DNA of 64,000 nt from an uncultured Verrucomicrobiales bacterium (GTDB lineage: Bacteria > Verrucomicrobiota > Verrucomicrobiia > Verrucomicrobiales > DEV007), in NCBI GenBank assembly GCA_938091905.1, contig CALKOM010000026.1, positions 7,338 to 71,337 on the forward strand, in the 5' to 3' direction. The position numbers and the translations under genes are program-made. The notes under the pieces were generated by a model. The model saw nothing but the letters and a program-made list of their open reading frames with translations. It was not told the origin of the DNA and did not search any database. Below are positions 18,749-28,825 of the stretch, one piece after another (the first letter of the stretch is position 1; every line of letters begins with the position of its first letter).

Positions 18749-19825
18749 ATGGCTAAATCACTCAAGACACTCGTTGTCGGTGCCGGAAACATGGGTGCGT
18801 CCCATGCTCGTGCCTACAAGAAACTCAAGGGCTTCGAAATCTGTGGCGTAGTCACCCGCTCGGAAGAGAGCCGAAACAAGTTGATCGAGTCGTTAGGCGG
18901 CGGGATCAAGGGTTACGGCGACTACGACGAAGCTCTAGCAGATGCCAAGCCGGACTGTGTTTCGATCAACACCTATCCAGAAACACATGCCGAATACACA
19001 CTGAAAGCGTTTGATGCAGGCGCGCATGTCTTCCTAGAGAAGCCAGTTGCCGTGACCGTGGAAGAGGCACAGAAAGTGGTTGATGCTGCCAAGGCGGCGA
19101 ATAAGAAACTCGTCGTGGGCTACATTCTTCGCGTGCATCCGTCGTGGATCAAGTTCATCGAGATTGCCCAGACGATGGGGAATCCACTCGTGATGCGAAT
19201 GAACCTGAATCAGCAAAGTCATGGTTACATGTGGGACGTGCATCGTAACCTGATGAACTCGATGTCGCCGATCGTCGATTGTGGCGTTCACTACGTTGAC
19301 GTGATGTGTCAGATGACGCGCTCGAAACCCATTAAGGTGAGTGCGATCGGTGCCCGGCTCTCGGATGAATTGAATCCTGGCATGTACAACTACGGCCAGT
19401 TGCAGGTGACGTTTGAGAATGGGTCTGTTGGCTGGTACGAAGCTGGTTGGGGACCGATGATGAGCGAAACGGCTTTCTTCGTGAAAGATGTGGTGGGGCC
19501 CAAGGGGTGCGTCTCCATTGTGGCCAAAGACGCGGCAGGAGCTTCTAAGTCTTCTGACATCGATTCACACTCGAAAACTGAATCCTTGCTCGTGCACCAT
19601 GCCGATCTTGATGACAAGAATGAGTTTACAAAGCCGGACGAGGTCATTGATCTTCAAGACGAGCCCGACCACGACGAGCTTTGTGAACGCGAGCAAGCTT
19701 ATTTCCTCAAAGCGATTCAGGAGGACCTCGATCTCACCGATCACATGGCCGATGCAGTGAATAGTCTGCAGATTGTGTTAGCTGCGGATCAGTCTTTCAA
19801 AGAAGGTCGTGTCGTGGATCTCTAG
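18749..19825 (+). CDS. Gfo/Idh/MocA-family NAD(P)-dependent oxidoreductase
   Basis: LKTLVVGAGNMGASHARAY Rossmann start and EKPVAVTVEEA motif. Confidence 0.9.
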   Translation: MAKSLKTLVVGAGNMGASHARAYKKLKGFEICGVVTRSEESRNKLIESLGGGIKGYGDYDEALADAKPDCVSINTYPETHAEYTLKAFDAGAHVFLEKPVAVTVEEAQKVVDAAKAANKKLVVGYILRVHPSWIKFIEIAQTMGNPLVMRMNLNQQSHGYMWDVHRNLMNSMSPIVDCGVHYVDVMCQMTRSKPIKVSAIGARLSDELNPGMYNYGQLQVTFENGSVGWYEAGWGPMMSETAFFVKDVVGPKGCVSIVAKDAAGASKSSDIDSHSKTESLLVHHADLDDKNEFTKPDEVIDLQDEPDHDELCEREQAYFLKAIQEDLDLTDHMADAVNSLQIVLAADQSFKEGRVVDL

Positions 19826-20229
19826 CTTGCGCGGATTCACCAGAGACTAGCGTCGGTTTTGTAAATCGCCTACAGTCGTTTCACTCAGACGTGGTGGGTA
19901 CCGATTGTTACCGCATCAATTCCAGATGTGGGATTGGTAGTAAGGCGTTTCATTGCTAGTTCACTTGCGCTGGCCTGAGAACTACCAATCGTCACCATCA
20001 ATTTCCACTGACGTACTAGCAGACAACTCGTAAGGATGGCATTCCGGCCGTTGCTTGTAGCAGCTACAATCGTCGCCAGGAATGACGACGATACGGAGGC
20101 TCACCGAAAAGGAGTGGTGGCGCGATTTATAGAGAGCTATCGGCTTAACGTGCAGTTCAATCGTAAGCGTCTGAGCCAACGCCGTTCAAAACAGCTAGAA
20201 GTGGGGGGCGACCATCGCCACGGTGCGGC

Positions 20230-20547
20230 ATGTCACGTAAAAGATACCAGGAATCGGAGAAGCGGAAGTGGGTCCGTCGTTTCAATGGCTACAACTCAAA
20301 CGCGGCAGCTTTTTGTCGAGAGTTCAACCTACCCTATGGCAGCTTCATGGCATGGAAACGCCCCTATCGCAGGAAGCCTTCAAAATTGACAGCGTTCTTG
20401 TCTCAGCAATCAGAGTTCATTGATTTGACAGTAGAACCACCAAGTTCTCCCGTGATAGCGGTAGCCACGCCCACTCCCACTCCCGTCGCCGAACTCTCTC
20501 TGGGATTACAGGGATGGTTCTCCGTGTCTTCGCTCCCAATGCAATGA
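20230..20547 (+). CDS. IS66-family accessory protein TnpA-like (HTH)
   Basis: MSRKRYQESEKRKWVRRFNGYNSNAAAFCREFNLPYGSFMAWKR is a transposase-type HTH. It lies immediately upstream of a TnpB-like frame. Confidence 0.65.
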   Translation: MSRKRYQESEKRKWVRRFNGYNSNAAAFCREFNLPYGSFMAWKRPYRRKPSKLTAFLSQQSEFIDLTVEPPSSPVIAVATPTPTPVAELSLGLQGWFSVSSLPMQ

Positions 20548-20556
20548 AGGCCACTC

Positions 20557-20905
20557 ATGATCCTCAGACACAGCGTCAACGTCTGCCTCGCCAATAGGGC
20601 CCTGCGATCTGCGAAAGGGTTTTGATAGCTTGAGTGTCACCGTACGCGAGCAACTCAAAGATGATCCACCCTCCCGAAAAGTCTTCGTCTTCATCAACGA
20701 AGCACATAACCGCATTAAGCTGCTCTATTGGGATGGCGCGGGACCCTGGGTCATGGCAAAGCGGCTTGAACAAGGCCGCCTCTGTTGCCCCCAAGGATAA
20801 AAAACAAAATCCACTAAGCTAGCACTCAAACCCGAAGCTCTCGAAATGCTGTTCAGTGGCATCGATCTCAAAGACGGTCTGCAACGTGTTTGGTATAAAA
20901 CGCCG
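20557..20905 (+). pseudogene. IS66 TnpB (Orf2) with one frameshift and one in-frame TAA
   Basis: Reads MILRHSVNVCLANR, then shifts +1 in GGGCCC (20597-20602) to CDLRKGFDSLSVTVREQLKDDPPSRKVFVFINEAHNRIKLLYWDGAGPWVMAKRLEQGRL. After TAA at 20798-20800 it continues ...LKPEALEMLFSGIDLKDGLQRVWY. This matches the conserved DMRKGFDGL / LFVF.N...RIKILYWDG / KRLE.GRF pattern. Confidence 0.7.
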
Positions 20906-21113
20906 CTTACACAAGGCGCTCTTGCTAGAACGTCAGGGCTTGTTTGCCCGCATGCTCACAGAGCGCTTCCTCGTCTATACCACCGGCCGTCGGATGGAAG
21001 TGCTCGATCAGCCCGAGATCACGAAGATTGTTGATCAACTTGCAGAGGATGGCGGTGGTCTACGTCGCTTGATCCATCTCATCGTGTAAAGCCCGGTCTT
21101 TCGTTCTCCGTGA
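20904..21113 (+). pseudogene. 3' remnant of a DUF1585-type (PSD1-family, DUF1592/1588/1585) gene
   Basis: Frame reads LHKALLLERQGLFARMLTERFLVYTTGRRMEVLDQPEITKIVDQLAEDGGGLRRLIHLIV, TAA, SPVFRS. This matches the C-terminal ..F.r.l.EkLltYAlGR.le..D...v..I.......y.l..Li..IV.S..F pattern. Everything upstream is replaced by the IS66 remnant. Confidence 0.55.
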
Positions 21114-21182
21114 CGACCTTGCGGCCGTTCTGCGGTCGCCTTGGAGATTGCCTTTGTCCTAAGGGTTGAATATTATCGGCGC

Positions 21183-22583
21183 ATGCAGCATCTTTCTATT
21201 CCAGCGGCATTAGTTTTCCTTCTGGCGAGCGTTTCAATTCTAGGTGCGGATGACGACATGCGCGCAGGCGCTGGAATGGTAGCCATCACGCCACCAGCGG
21301 GAGTCCCTCTTGCTGGATACTATCACAAACGTGGGGCGAGTGGTGTGCATGATGAGTTGTATTCCCGGGCCATCGTGATCGAGAAGAATGGCGTTCAATC
21401 GGCGATTGTTAGTTTGGATCTGATCAGTACCCGTCGTGGCTTTGTTGAGAAGGCCAGGGAATTGATCAACGATCGAACTGGTATTCCCAGTGAGAATGTG
21501 ATGATTAGCGCTACACACGCGCACACCGGCCCTGTCCTCGCTGATGATCTTTTGTTTAAAAGTCAGGGAGCATCCGATCCAGCCGCAGCGGCCTTTATGA
21601 AGGAACTGCCTGGCAAGATCGCGCAAAGTGTTTGTGCGGCCTACAAGCGTTTGGTTGAAGCGGAAGCGTTGGCTGCCATTGGAAACGAGGGTTCCATCAC
21701 CTTCAATCGTCGGTTTCATATGCGTGATGGATCTGTGGGGTGGAATCCTGGGAAACTTAATGCGAACATCATTAAGCCAGCTGGACCTATCGACCCTGAA
21801 GTGCCAGTGGTCTATTTCCGCGAGCCTGCGAATAAGAATCCTCTGGCGGTCTACGTGAATTACTCGGTGCACCTGGACAATGTTGGAGGCGATTTGATTT
21901 CTGCAGATCTCCCTTACACCGTAACGGAGAATCTCCGCAAAGCAGTCGGTGATCAACTTGTAACCGTGTACACCAGTGGCGCTTGTGGCGATCTAAACCA
22001 TGTCGATGTTCAATGGGTGGAACCTCAGAGGGGCCATGAAAACGCTGCCCGTATGGGAACGATTCTCTCTGCTGAAGTGTTGCGTGCTTGGCCGAGATTG
22101 GAGGCAGTGGAAGGGGCTTTGCAGATCAAGACTCGTTTGGTCGTGCTGGAGATTCCGAAGGTAAGCACGGAAGCTTTTGCGAATGCGAAAGAGATTGTGA
22201 GATCTGGGAATGATAGGAACCGGAAAAACTTCATGCAGTTGGTCAATGCAAACAAAGTGCTCGATGTCGCTGAGCGTGAGGGCAAACCGTTTCAAGTTGA
22301 GGTGCAAGTCATCACGTTGGGAGACTACTTGGCTTGGGTAGCGCTGCCGGGAGAGATCTTTGTTGAGTTGGGCCTCGATCTGAAATCATCGTCTCCATTC
22401 AAGCAAACCATCGTCGCCGAGTTGGCGAATGGTAGTATTGGCTATGTGCCTACGAGTCGTGCCTATCGGCAGGGAGCCTACGAAGTGGTCAGTGCGCGGT
22501 GTGTGAAGGGCTCTGGAGAGAAGCTCGTGAATGCTGCGCTTGATCTCTTGAATGCCTGCTATTCAAATGCAACGACAGACTGA
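21183..22583 (+). CDS. Neutral/alkaline non-lysosomal ceramidase N-terminal-domain family hydrolase, secreted
   Basis: GAGMVAITPPAGVPLAGYYHKRGASGVHDELYSRAIVIE and ISATHAHTGP motifs. Signal peptide from ATG 21183. The stop overlaps the next gene's ATG by 1 nt. Confidence 0.8.
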   Translation: MQHLSIPAALVFLLASVSILGADDDMRAGAGMVAITPPAGVPLAGYYHKRGASGVHDELYSRAIVIEKNGVQSAIVSLDLISTRRGFVEKARELINDRTGIPSENVMISATHAHTGPVLADDLLFKSQGASDPAAAAFMKELPGKIAQSVCAAYKRLVEAEALAAIGNEGSITFNRRFHMRDGSVGWNPGKLNANIIKPAGPIDPEVPVVYFREPANKNPLAVYVNYSVHLDNVGGDLISADLPYTVTENLRKAVGDQLVTVYTSGACGDLNHVDVQWVEPQRGHENAARMGTILSAEVLRAWPRLEAVEGALQIKTRLVVLEIPKVSTEAFANAKEIVRSGNDRNRKNFMQLVNANKVLDVAEREGKPFQVEVQVITLGDYLAWVALPGEIFVELGLDLKSSSPFKQTIVAELANGSIGYVPTSRAYRQGAYEVVSARCVKGSGEKLVNAALDLLNACYSNATTD

Positions 22584-24019
22584 TGACCACGTCTCGATTT
22601 GTTCTCACGATCATCTGCTTCTTTGTGCTTGGCTCGGCGGTGGTGGCCGAAGACAAGCCCAACGTTATCCTGTTCGTCTCAGATGATCACGGGACGGATG
22701 CCTTGGGATGCTATGGAAACAAGGTTATCAAGACCCCGCACATGGATCGTTTGGCGGAGGAGGGTGTGCGATTTACTCGTGCCTACTGCACCAGTGCGAG
22801 TTGTGCAGCGAGTCGGTCAGTCATTCTGACAGGGCAGTATGGGCACGCCACGGGCTCTTACGGGCATGTGCATGATTATCATCATTTCAGTACCTACGAT
22901 TCGGTGCCGTCCCTGCCCGTGTTGCTTGAGAAAGCGGGCTATCGGACGGCTCGCATCGGTAAATACCATCTCGCTCCAGAGACGGTCTTTCGTTTCAGCA
23001 CGACCTTGCAAGCAGATCCACGCAGTACTGTGGAAATGGCCGAAGCTTGCAAGGAGGTGATCGAACAGGAGCAACCGTTCTTCCTCTACTTCTGCCCTGA
23101 TGACCCGCATCGTGGACAGCCGTTCAAACCAGACCCTTGGAATGCTCCGAATAACTTTGGCAATAAGCCTGAAGGGTTTCCTGGCGTCGACCCGATCACT
23201 TACTTTCCTGATGAGGTGATTGTCCCAGCTTTCCTCCCCGACAATTCAGAGTGTCGCCGGGAACTTGCGGAGTACTACCAGTCGGTGTCACGAATCGATC
23301 AAGGGCTCGGGAAATTGTTAGCAATGTTGGAAGCGTCAGGTAAATCAGGTAACACTATCATTATCTACATCTCGGACAACGGCATCGCTTTCCCTGGCGC
23401 GAAGACGACCATGTATGAACCCGGGATTAAACTCCCTTGCATTGTCAAAGATCCTCGTTCGAAACACCGTGGCTTGGTCAATGAGGCCATGCTCTCCTGG
23501 GTGGATCTCACGCCGACCATCCTCGATTTCGCAGGAGTCCAGTTTGCCGAGAAAGATTTCCACGGGCGTTCCTTCGCACCGATCCTTGGGGAATCACCGT
23601 CAAAGGAATGGAATGAAGTCTACGCCTCACATAATTTCCACGAGATCACGATGTACTACCCCATGAGGGTGGTTAGGGTAGGGGACTACAAGATGATTTG
23701 GAACATTGCTTGGAGATTAGAATATCCGTTTGCATCGGACTTGTGGGCTGCTTCCACTTGGCAAGCCATTCATCGTAGGAATGGCAGGATCTATGGAAAA
23801 CGAAAGGTGAGGGATTATCTATTCAGGCCCGAGTTCGAGCTCTACGATCTTTCATCAGATCCGAATGAACAAACTAATTTGGCCAAAGTGAAAAATCATT
23901 CGGGTCGACTCGACCGACTTAAAAAGACCCTCAAAGCGTTTCAGGTCAGGACTAAAGATCCTTGGCTGATCATGTGGGACAACGATGCGCAATTGCAAGG
24001 TAGTGGCACGGGACTTTGA
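22583..24019 (+). CDS. Cys-type sulfatase (heparan N-sulfatase-like)
   Basis: NVILFVSDDHG and the CAASRSVILTG signature, with a signal peptide. The TGATG overlap with the upstream gene suggests one operon. Confidence 0.9.
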   Translation: MTTSRFVLTIICFFVLGSAVVAEDKPNVILFVSDDHGTDALGCYGNKVIKTPHMDRLAEEGVRFTRAYCTSASCAASRSVILTGQYGHATGSYGHVHDYHHFSTYDSVPSLPVLLEKAGYRTARIGKYHLAPETVFRFSTTLQADPRSTVEMAEACKEVIEQEQPFFLYFCPDDPHRGQPFKPDPWNAPNNFGNKPEGFPGVDPITYFPDEVIVPAFLPDNSECRRELAEYYQSVSRIDQGLGKLLAMLEASGKSGNTIIIYISDNGIAFPGAKTTMYEPGIKLPCIVKDPRSKHRGLVNEAMLSWVDLTPTILDFAGVQFAEKDFHGRSFAPILGESPSKEWNEVYASHNFHEITMYYPMRVVRVGDYKMIWNIAWRLEYPFASDLWAASTWQAIHRRNGRIYGKRKVRDYLFRPEFELYDLSSDPNEQTNLAKVKNHSGRLDRLKKTLKAFQVRTKDPWLIMWDNDAQLQGSGTGL

Positions 24020-24119
24020 GCGAATGGGGCCTCTGGCCGTAATCAAGACGAAAAATAGTTTCATTCGTTTGATCATTTATGGTAGTCACCTTGGCCCCTT
24101 ACCCTTCATACCTGTTATC

Positions 24120-26969
24120 ATGGACGTTCCGAAGCCACTATTTGGCGCATTTCTGTTGTGTGCACTCACGATTTCGACTCTTGCACAGGACGGTCAGGAG
24201 GTCGTTCTCGCGGACGAACCAGATATCTATTACACCATGGGCAAGCTGACTGACGGCGAGGATGCGGTTTTTGCTGAGGCCGGAGTCGATGTTGGTGGAG
24301 CGGACCTCCATGCGCGTCTCGATGCTGAAGGCGACTTGCCGATGCTCACGGACGGTATCGTCCCTACCGCAGGTGATGGCGCGATGATGTTCGATGCGGG
24401 GGAAGGCCAATCGCTGTTCATTGCCGATTCTCCTTTCACGAACGACACTCCGGATAACCTAGGTGTCACGAACCGAACTTACGAATTGTGGTTCCAGCCT
24501 CGAAATCTACCTGAGACGGGCGAAGACAATCGGCAGATTATCTATATGGAAGGCGGCACCACGCGTGGTCTCACAATATACTTGGATGGGACGCAGGATG
24601 GTGATCCGACAGAGGCAGATTTGTACGTCATGACCACCAACTTGGCTGAAGAGGCCTGGGGAGGTGAGGCTGGCCCTGGCGCTACGGACCCAGATTTCGC
24701 GGTCCGAGCAACGGTTCAGGAGGGGGAGACTTATCACCTTGTTTATGTCATCGACAAGCCGGACGACGTTCGGGAGAATCTGAATGGAGACTTAATCGGC
24801 TATCTGAATGGCGAGGAGTTTGGGCGGGTGGATGACAAAGTGGGTCTGTGGTTTGATCACACCGATGACAGTGGGATTGGTGGACGATATGGCCAAACCG
24901 TCTTTCACGATGGAACCATTACGGATGGGCCCTTCTACTTTTACGACGGCGTTGTTGATGAATTTGCGGTCTACGACGGTAGATCGCTAACCGCCGAACA
25001 GATCCAAAACCATTACCTGACTGGTATCGGTTCTGATGAGATACCCATCGATGAGTTTGCCGCTGATGCTGCTCGAGTAGCTGCAGGAGCAGATCTTACG
25101 CTGTCTTGGGAGGTGAATGCCTTCGACACTCTAACGATCAACAATGACGTCGGCGATGTCTCTGGAAACACGGCAGATGGCAAAGGGAGTATCACGTTAC
25201 AGCCAACTGCAAGCACTACTTACACACTCCATGCAACCGAAGGCGATGTGGACCAGAGTAAATCCGTGTCCGTGCACGTTGGCCCTCCGGTAATCAGGAC
25301 GTTTGAAGTCAGCGGTTCTTCCGAGATTCGGGTCGGTGGCTTGGCGACTCTGGCGTGGAACGCGGATGGCGAAACCTCGGTGACGATTGAACCAGATATT
25401 GGGGACGTTAGTGGAAGTAGTCGCGTTAACGTGAGCCCAACGACCACGACGACCTATACACTTACGGCTACGAGCGAGCTTGGTTTTGCTTCGTCCGAAG
25501 TCACCGTGACTGTTTCCACAAATCTCATTCCGGATTTGGGGTGGTCAGCCAACGATGTGGAGGATCTTACGGTTGAATGGTTACCTACAAACAATAACAC
25601 CGACAACGACGGAATCTTTTTCGCGGGCGAAGGAGCCCTCGAGTTAGGCGTCTCTAACTTTGCCAATATCTCAGCATGGGTGAACTCGCCTGCGCTAGCG
25701 CTGAGTTCAAATCCGGCGGACTCCTGGCAGGATGGGCTTGGTGGCCCCGTGACACAGGGTAATGTCAGTTGGGAGATGGTTTTCCGGCCGGGCGACTACG
25801 AAGGAATCCACACTCTGTTTAATACCGGCGGGAATGGCGATGGGACTGCTTTCGTTCTCGAGGGGAGTGTGTTGGATTTCCGTTTTCAGGACGCCAACGC
25901 TGACGATCAGCGTGTTATCGTTTCTACTGACTTGGCCGAAATCGGAAGCAATTCTGATTTTTACCATGTCGTCGGTGTGGCGGATATCGACTCGGCGAAT
26001 ACCGGAACAGCAACGATTTATGTGAATGGAGAGCTGCGAGCTGAGGTGACGAGCGCTGGGACGATCAACGACTGGGACGGCGGTGACTTGGCGGAACTTG
26101 GTACAGGCAACAACATCCCTGGTGGCAATCCCTTTAATCCGGAGGAATTCACTGGGGACATTGCGCTGTTCAATTATTATGAAGGTCTCTTGCTGGGGCC
26201 ACAGCAGGTCGAGACTCTCTTTGCGGCCCAAGCTGGGGCTACCGGATTCCAAATCACAAGCATCGAGGTCGACGACACGAATTTGGTGACGCTCACCTGG
26301 GATTCCGCCCCAGGTAAATTCTACGATGTGGAGGTGTCAGGAGACCTGGCGACAAATTCCTGGCAGACTGCTATGCGCGCGATCACGGCAGCACCAGACC
26401 CTGCCATTGTTACTTCAGCGTCCGTTCAAAGCCCTGCAGATGCTGCGGCGCAATATATGCGGGTCCGCCAAGTGGGGCCACCTCCGTTCCTCGAAACGAG
26501 CTTCGAGGATGGCATGGGTGACTGGACTGTAGCCGGTGATGGCACGGTGTGGGAATTTGGCACTCCGACTTCCGGTCCAGGAGCAGCGAATACGGGATCC
26601 GGTGCCGTTGCCACTGGCCTTGCTGGCGACTACACTGATGGCACGGTCACCCAGCTGCGCACGCCCGTCATTGATCCTGGTGAGACAGATCGTGTGAAGT
26701 TGGAATTCTCTTACTTTCTACAGGCTGCTGAAGGTCATGGTGGGCAGATCAGTATTTTGGAGGCAGACGGGACTGTCATCCAGAGCCTGGAAAAGCTCTA
26801 CTTGGGCGGGCAGGACGACACCTCCGAATGGACACAAGAGGCCATTCGGCTGCCAACGCTTGCACCCGCCCGTCCGTTTATTGTCCAGTTTGCCTTCTTG
26901 TCGACCGAAGACGGCGATCCTAACAATGGAGCTGGTTGGTTCATTGATGACGTTCGGATAGGGAAATGA
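24120..26969 (+). CDS. Large secreted LamG/concanavalin-A-like lectin repeat protein
   Basis: Signal peptide from ATG 24120 (MDVPKPLFGAFLLCALTISTLAQ). LamG-type ends (DEFAVYDGRSLTAEQIQNHY; GDIALFNYYEGLL). Two Ig-like repeats (TLSWEVN... / LAWNADG...TTYTLTAT). C-terminal jelly-roll-like domain (GWFIDDVRIGK). Confidence 0.75.
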   Translation: MDVPKPLFGAFLLCALTISTLAQDGQEVVLADEPDIYYTMGKLTDGEDAVFAEAGVDVGGADLHARLDAEGDLPMLTDGIVPTAGDGAMMFDAGEGQSLFIADSPFTNDTPDNLGVTNRTYELWFQPRNLPETGEDNRQIIYMEGGTTRGLTIYLDGTQDGDPTEADLYVMTTNLAEEAWGGEAGPGATDPDFAVRATVQEGETYHLVYVIDKPDDVRENLNGDLIGYLNGEEFGRVDDKVGLWFDHTDDSGIGGRYGQTVFHDGTITDGPFYFYDGVVDEFAVYDGRSLTAEQIQNHYLTGIGSDEIPIDEFAADAARVAAGADLTLSWEVNAFDTLTINNDVGDVSGNTADGKGSITLQPTASTTYTLHATEGDVDQSKSVSVHVGPPVIRTFEVSGSSEIRVGGLATLAWNADGETSVTIEPDIGDVSGSSRVNVSPTTTTTYTLTATSELGFASSEVTVTVSTNLIPDLGWSANDVEDLTVEWLPTNNNTDNDGIFFAGEGALELGVSNFANISAWVNSPALALSSNPADSWQDGLGGPVTQGNVSWEMVFRPGDYEGIHTLFNTGGNGDGTAFVLEGSVLDFRFQDANADDQRVIVSTDLAEIGSNSDFYHVVGVADIDSANTGTATIYVNGELRAEVTSAGTINDWDGGDLAELGTGNNIPGGNPFNPEEFTGDIALFNYYEGLLLGPQQVETLFAAQAGATGFQITSIEVDDTNLVTLTWDSAPGKFYDVEVSGDLATNSWQTAMRAITAAPDPAIVTSASVQSPADAAAQYMRVRQVGPPPFLETSFEDGMGDWTVAGDGTVWEFGTPTSGPGAANTGSGAVATGLAGDYTDGTVTQLRTPVIDPGETDRVKLEFSYFLQAAEGHGGQISILEADGTVIQSLEKLYLGGQDDTSEWTQEAIRLPTLAPARPFIVQFAFLSTEDGDPNNGAGWFIDDVRIGK

Positions 26970-27024
26970 TCGGTAGGGTGGCGCATATGTCGCCAATCCC
27001 TGGGATTTTCAATCAAACGAGGTA

Positions 27025-28800
27025 TTGAGACCGACTTCCAGTGCCTTGTCGCGGAAACTAGTGGCCAAGCTAGGCGTCGCGATGGTGGCAACGTTGGTAG
27101 CATTGGTTATTGGTGAGCTGTCAATTCGTCTTCTACGCCTAGCGCCTGAGTTCAAGTCGATCGACCTTGCGCAGGAAGATTGTGTCTATCAGCGGTCGAC
27201 CAATCCGCTATTGGGGTTTGAGCTCAAGGCGAACTATCGAAACGCTGATCCCGATTTTATTGCAAGTTACGAACGTACCAATGCCCATGGACAGCGTGAT
27301 AAAGAGCGGTCCGTGCAATGTACGAACGACGTACTTCGTGTGGTCGTGCTCGGCGATTCGGTGGTGGAAGGACACGGATTGGCTGAAGATGAGATCATCT
27401 CACGACAATGGGAGGATCTCTACACAGACGATTCGACGGAGGTCCTGAACTTTGGAGTCAGTGCCTACTGTACTCTGGCAGAGATCGAACTGTTGGAGAC
27501 GAAAGCGTTGCCCTTTGACCCTGACGTTGTCGTCGTGCTCTTCGTTGAGAACGACTTCGACAACTTTAATCGAGAAGCATTCTCGCTCGGGGAGGCGTCA
27601 CCTAAGCCTGTACCCGTGAAGTGGTTGTTCCGGCGATCGCATGTGTTCCGACTCGCTGCCATCCGATTGAATTTGTTTCATTTCGGTGCAGAGACGGATC
27701 CAGTCCGTTGGAACAAGAAAGCGATAGGAGACAACAATGTTGTCGAAGGCTTCAAGCGATTGAAGGCTCTGGCAGATCGAGAAGGATTTCAGCCGTTGAT
27801 CGCGATTTGGCCTAGGTTTCTCGATAACGACATCGTCGACACGCCACTCGTATCAGATGATGATCCTACGCCACTTGCCGAACGTCTCGCGTCGATGCAT
27901 GGCTTGCCATCGGCACGGCTGTCTATATTGTTTGAGCGACATCGGACGCAAACAGAAGGTGTGGACAATCCGAGACGTTACTACAGTTCAGGAGACGGAT
28001 TGCATCCATCTTCTCATGGGGCTGCCGTCGCCGCCGCCGGATTGAAGGAGCTCCTTGAGGAATTGGAAACGGGAGCGCTTGTCGTGGGGGATGCTCCGTC
28101 GCCGGAAGCTCAAACCTCGCCCATCGCCATTGCGCAATCGCTAGGGAAAGCCGAGCCCGACTATTCTCGGGTTTATCATAGCCAAGGAGTGGCGCTATTG
28201 AGAGACGGCAAAACCGCGGAGGCGATCGAACAGTTTCAGAGAGCCCTGGTTGAAGATCCCGGTCATGCTGGTGCCAATGGCAACCTGGGGCTTGCCTATA
28301 AGAGATTGGGGAAACCAGATGAGGCGAAGCGGTTTTTCCAAAGAGCGATCGAATTGAGAGACGATTTCGTCCAGGCTCATTTTAATTTAGCTAGTTTGTT
28401 AGTTGAGGAAGGGGACTCCTCCGCAGCGCTCCCGTTGTTTCGCCGAACGATTGAAATCGATCCTAAGCACACAGATGCATTGAACTTGCTGGGAATGGAA
28501 CTTGGGAAAGCTCGCAAGTTCGCCGAAGCGCAAGTTTATCTAGAACGCGCCGTGACGATCGAGCCAGAGTTCTCCGAAGCCCACAACAACTTGGGCACGG
28601 TGTTCGCCGCGAAAGGAGAACTCGGGAAGGCTTTGCGCCAGTTTAAGGAAGCGGTTCGGACAGACCCAACTAACCGAGGGGCAAGAGCTAGGTTGAAGCA
28701 GGTTCAGAGCATGCTCGGTAAGCAGCGAAGTTCATCAGATGACGCTACCCATTCGCAGAATTCAGGGATCGGCACACCCGATGATAAACCCTCTCCGTGA
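27025..28800 (+). CDS. SGNH/GDSL hydrolase fused to C-terminal TPR repeats
   Basis: Block I VVVLGDSVVEGHG and a late GDGLHPS block. Five or six TPR units (AEAIEQFQRALVEDPGHAGANGNLGLAY...). Start is uncertain: TTG 27025 or ATG 27082. Confidence 0.75.
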   Translation: MRPTSSALSRKLVAKLGVAMVATLVALVIGELSIRLLRLAPEFKSIDLAQEDCVYQRSTNPLLGFELKANYRNADPDFIASYERTNAHGQRDKERSVQCTNDVLRVVVLGDSVVEGHGLAEDEIISRQWEDLYTDDSTEVLNFGVSAYCTLAEIELLETKALPFDPDVVVVLFVENDFDNFNREAFSLGEASPKPVPVKWLFRRSHVFRLAAIRLNLFHFGAETDPVRWNKKAIGDNNVVEGFKRLKALADREGFQPLIAIWPRFLDNDIVDTPLVSDDDPTPLAERLASMHGLPSARLSILFERHRTQTEGVDNPRRYYSSGDGLHPSSHGAAVAAAGLKELLEELETGALVVGDAPSPEAQTSPIAIAQSLGKAEPDYSRVYHSQGVALLRDGKTAEAIEQFQRALVEDPGHAGANGNLGLAYKRLGKPDEAKRFFQRAIELRDDFVQAHFNLASLLVEEGDSSAALPLFRRTIEIDPKHTDALNLLGMELGKARKFAEAQVYLERAVTIEPEFSEAHNNLGTVFAAKGELGKALRQFKEAVRTDPTNRGARARLKQVQSMLGKQRSSSDDATHSQNSGIGTPDDKPSP

Positions 28801-28825
28801 TCTGAAGGTATTCTAGGACCTACTT

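Larger units (their letters stand above)
20163..20910 (+). mobile_element. Degenerate IS66-family remnant (tnpA, damaged tnpB; tnpC transposase absent)
   Basis: A tnpA-like ORF and a tnpB-like reading frame with an ATGA junction. GTAAGCG at 20163, 67 bp upstream of tnpA, resembles IS66 termini. CGCTTAC at 20904-20910 is a possible opposite terminus. No target duplication was seen, so the boundaries are tentative. Confidence 0.55.

Noticed and set aside
20155-20918. Exact excision of 20163-20910 joins the flanking frames in phase (...VQFN-H-KALLLERQ...). This suggested a simple IS66 insertion into an intact gene.
   Set aside because: No 8-bp target duplication is present, and the left flank has no recognisable DUF1588/1592 similarity. 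Only ~330 bp lie between it and the previous gene. In-phase joining has a one-in-three chance expectation.
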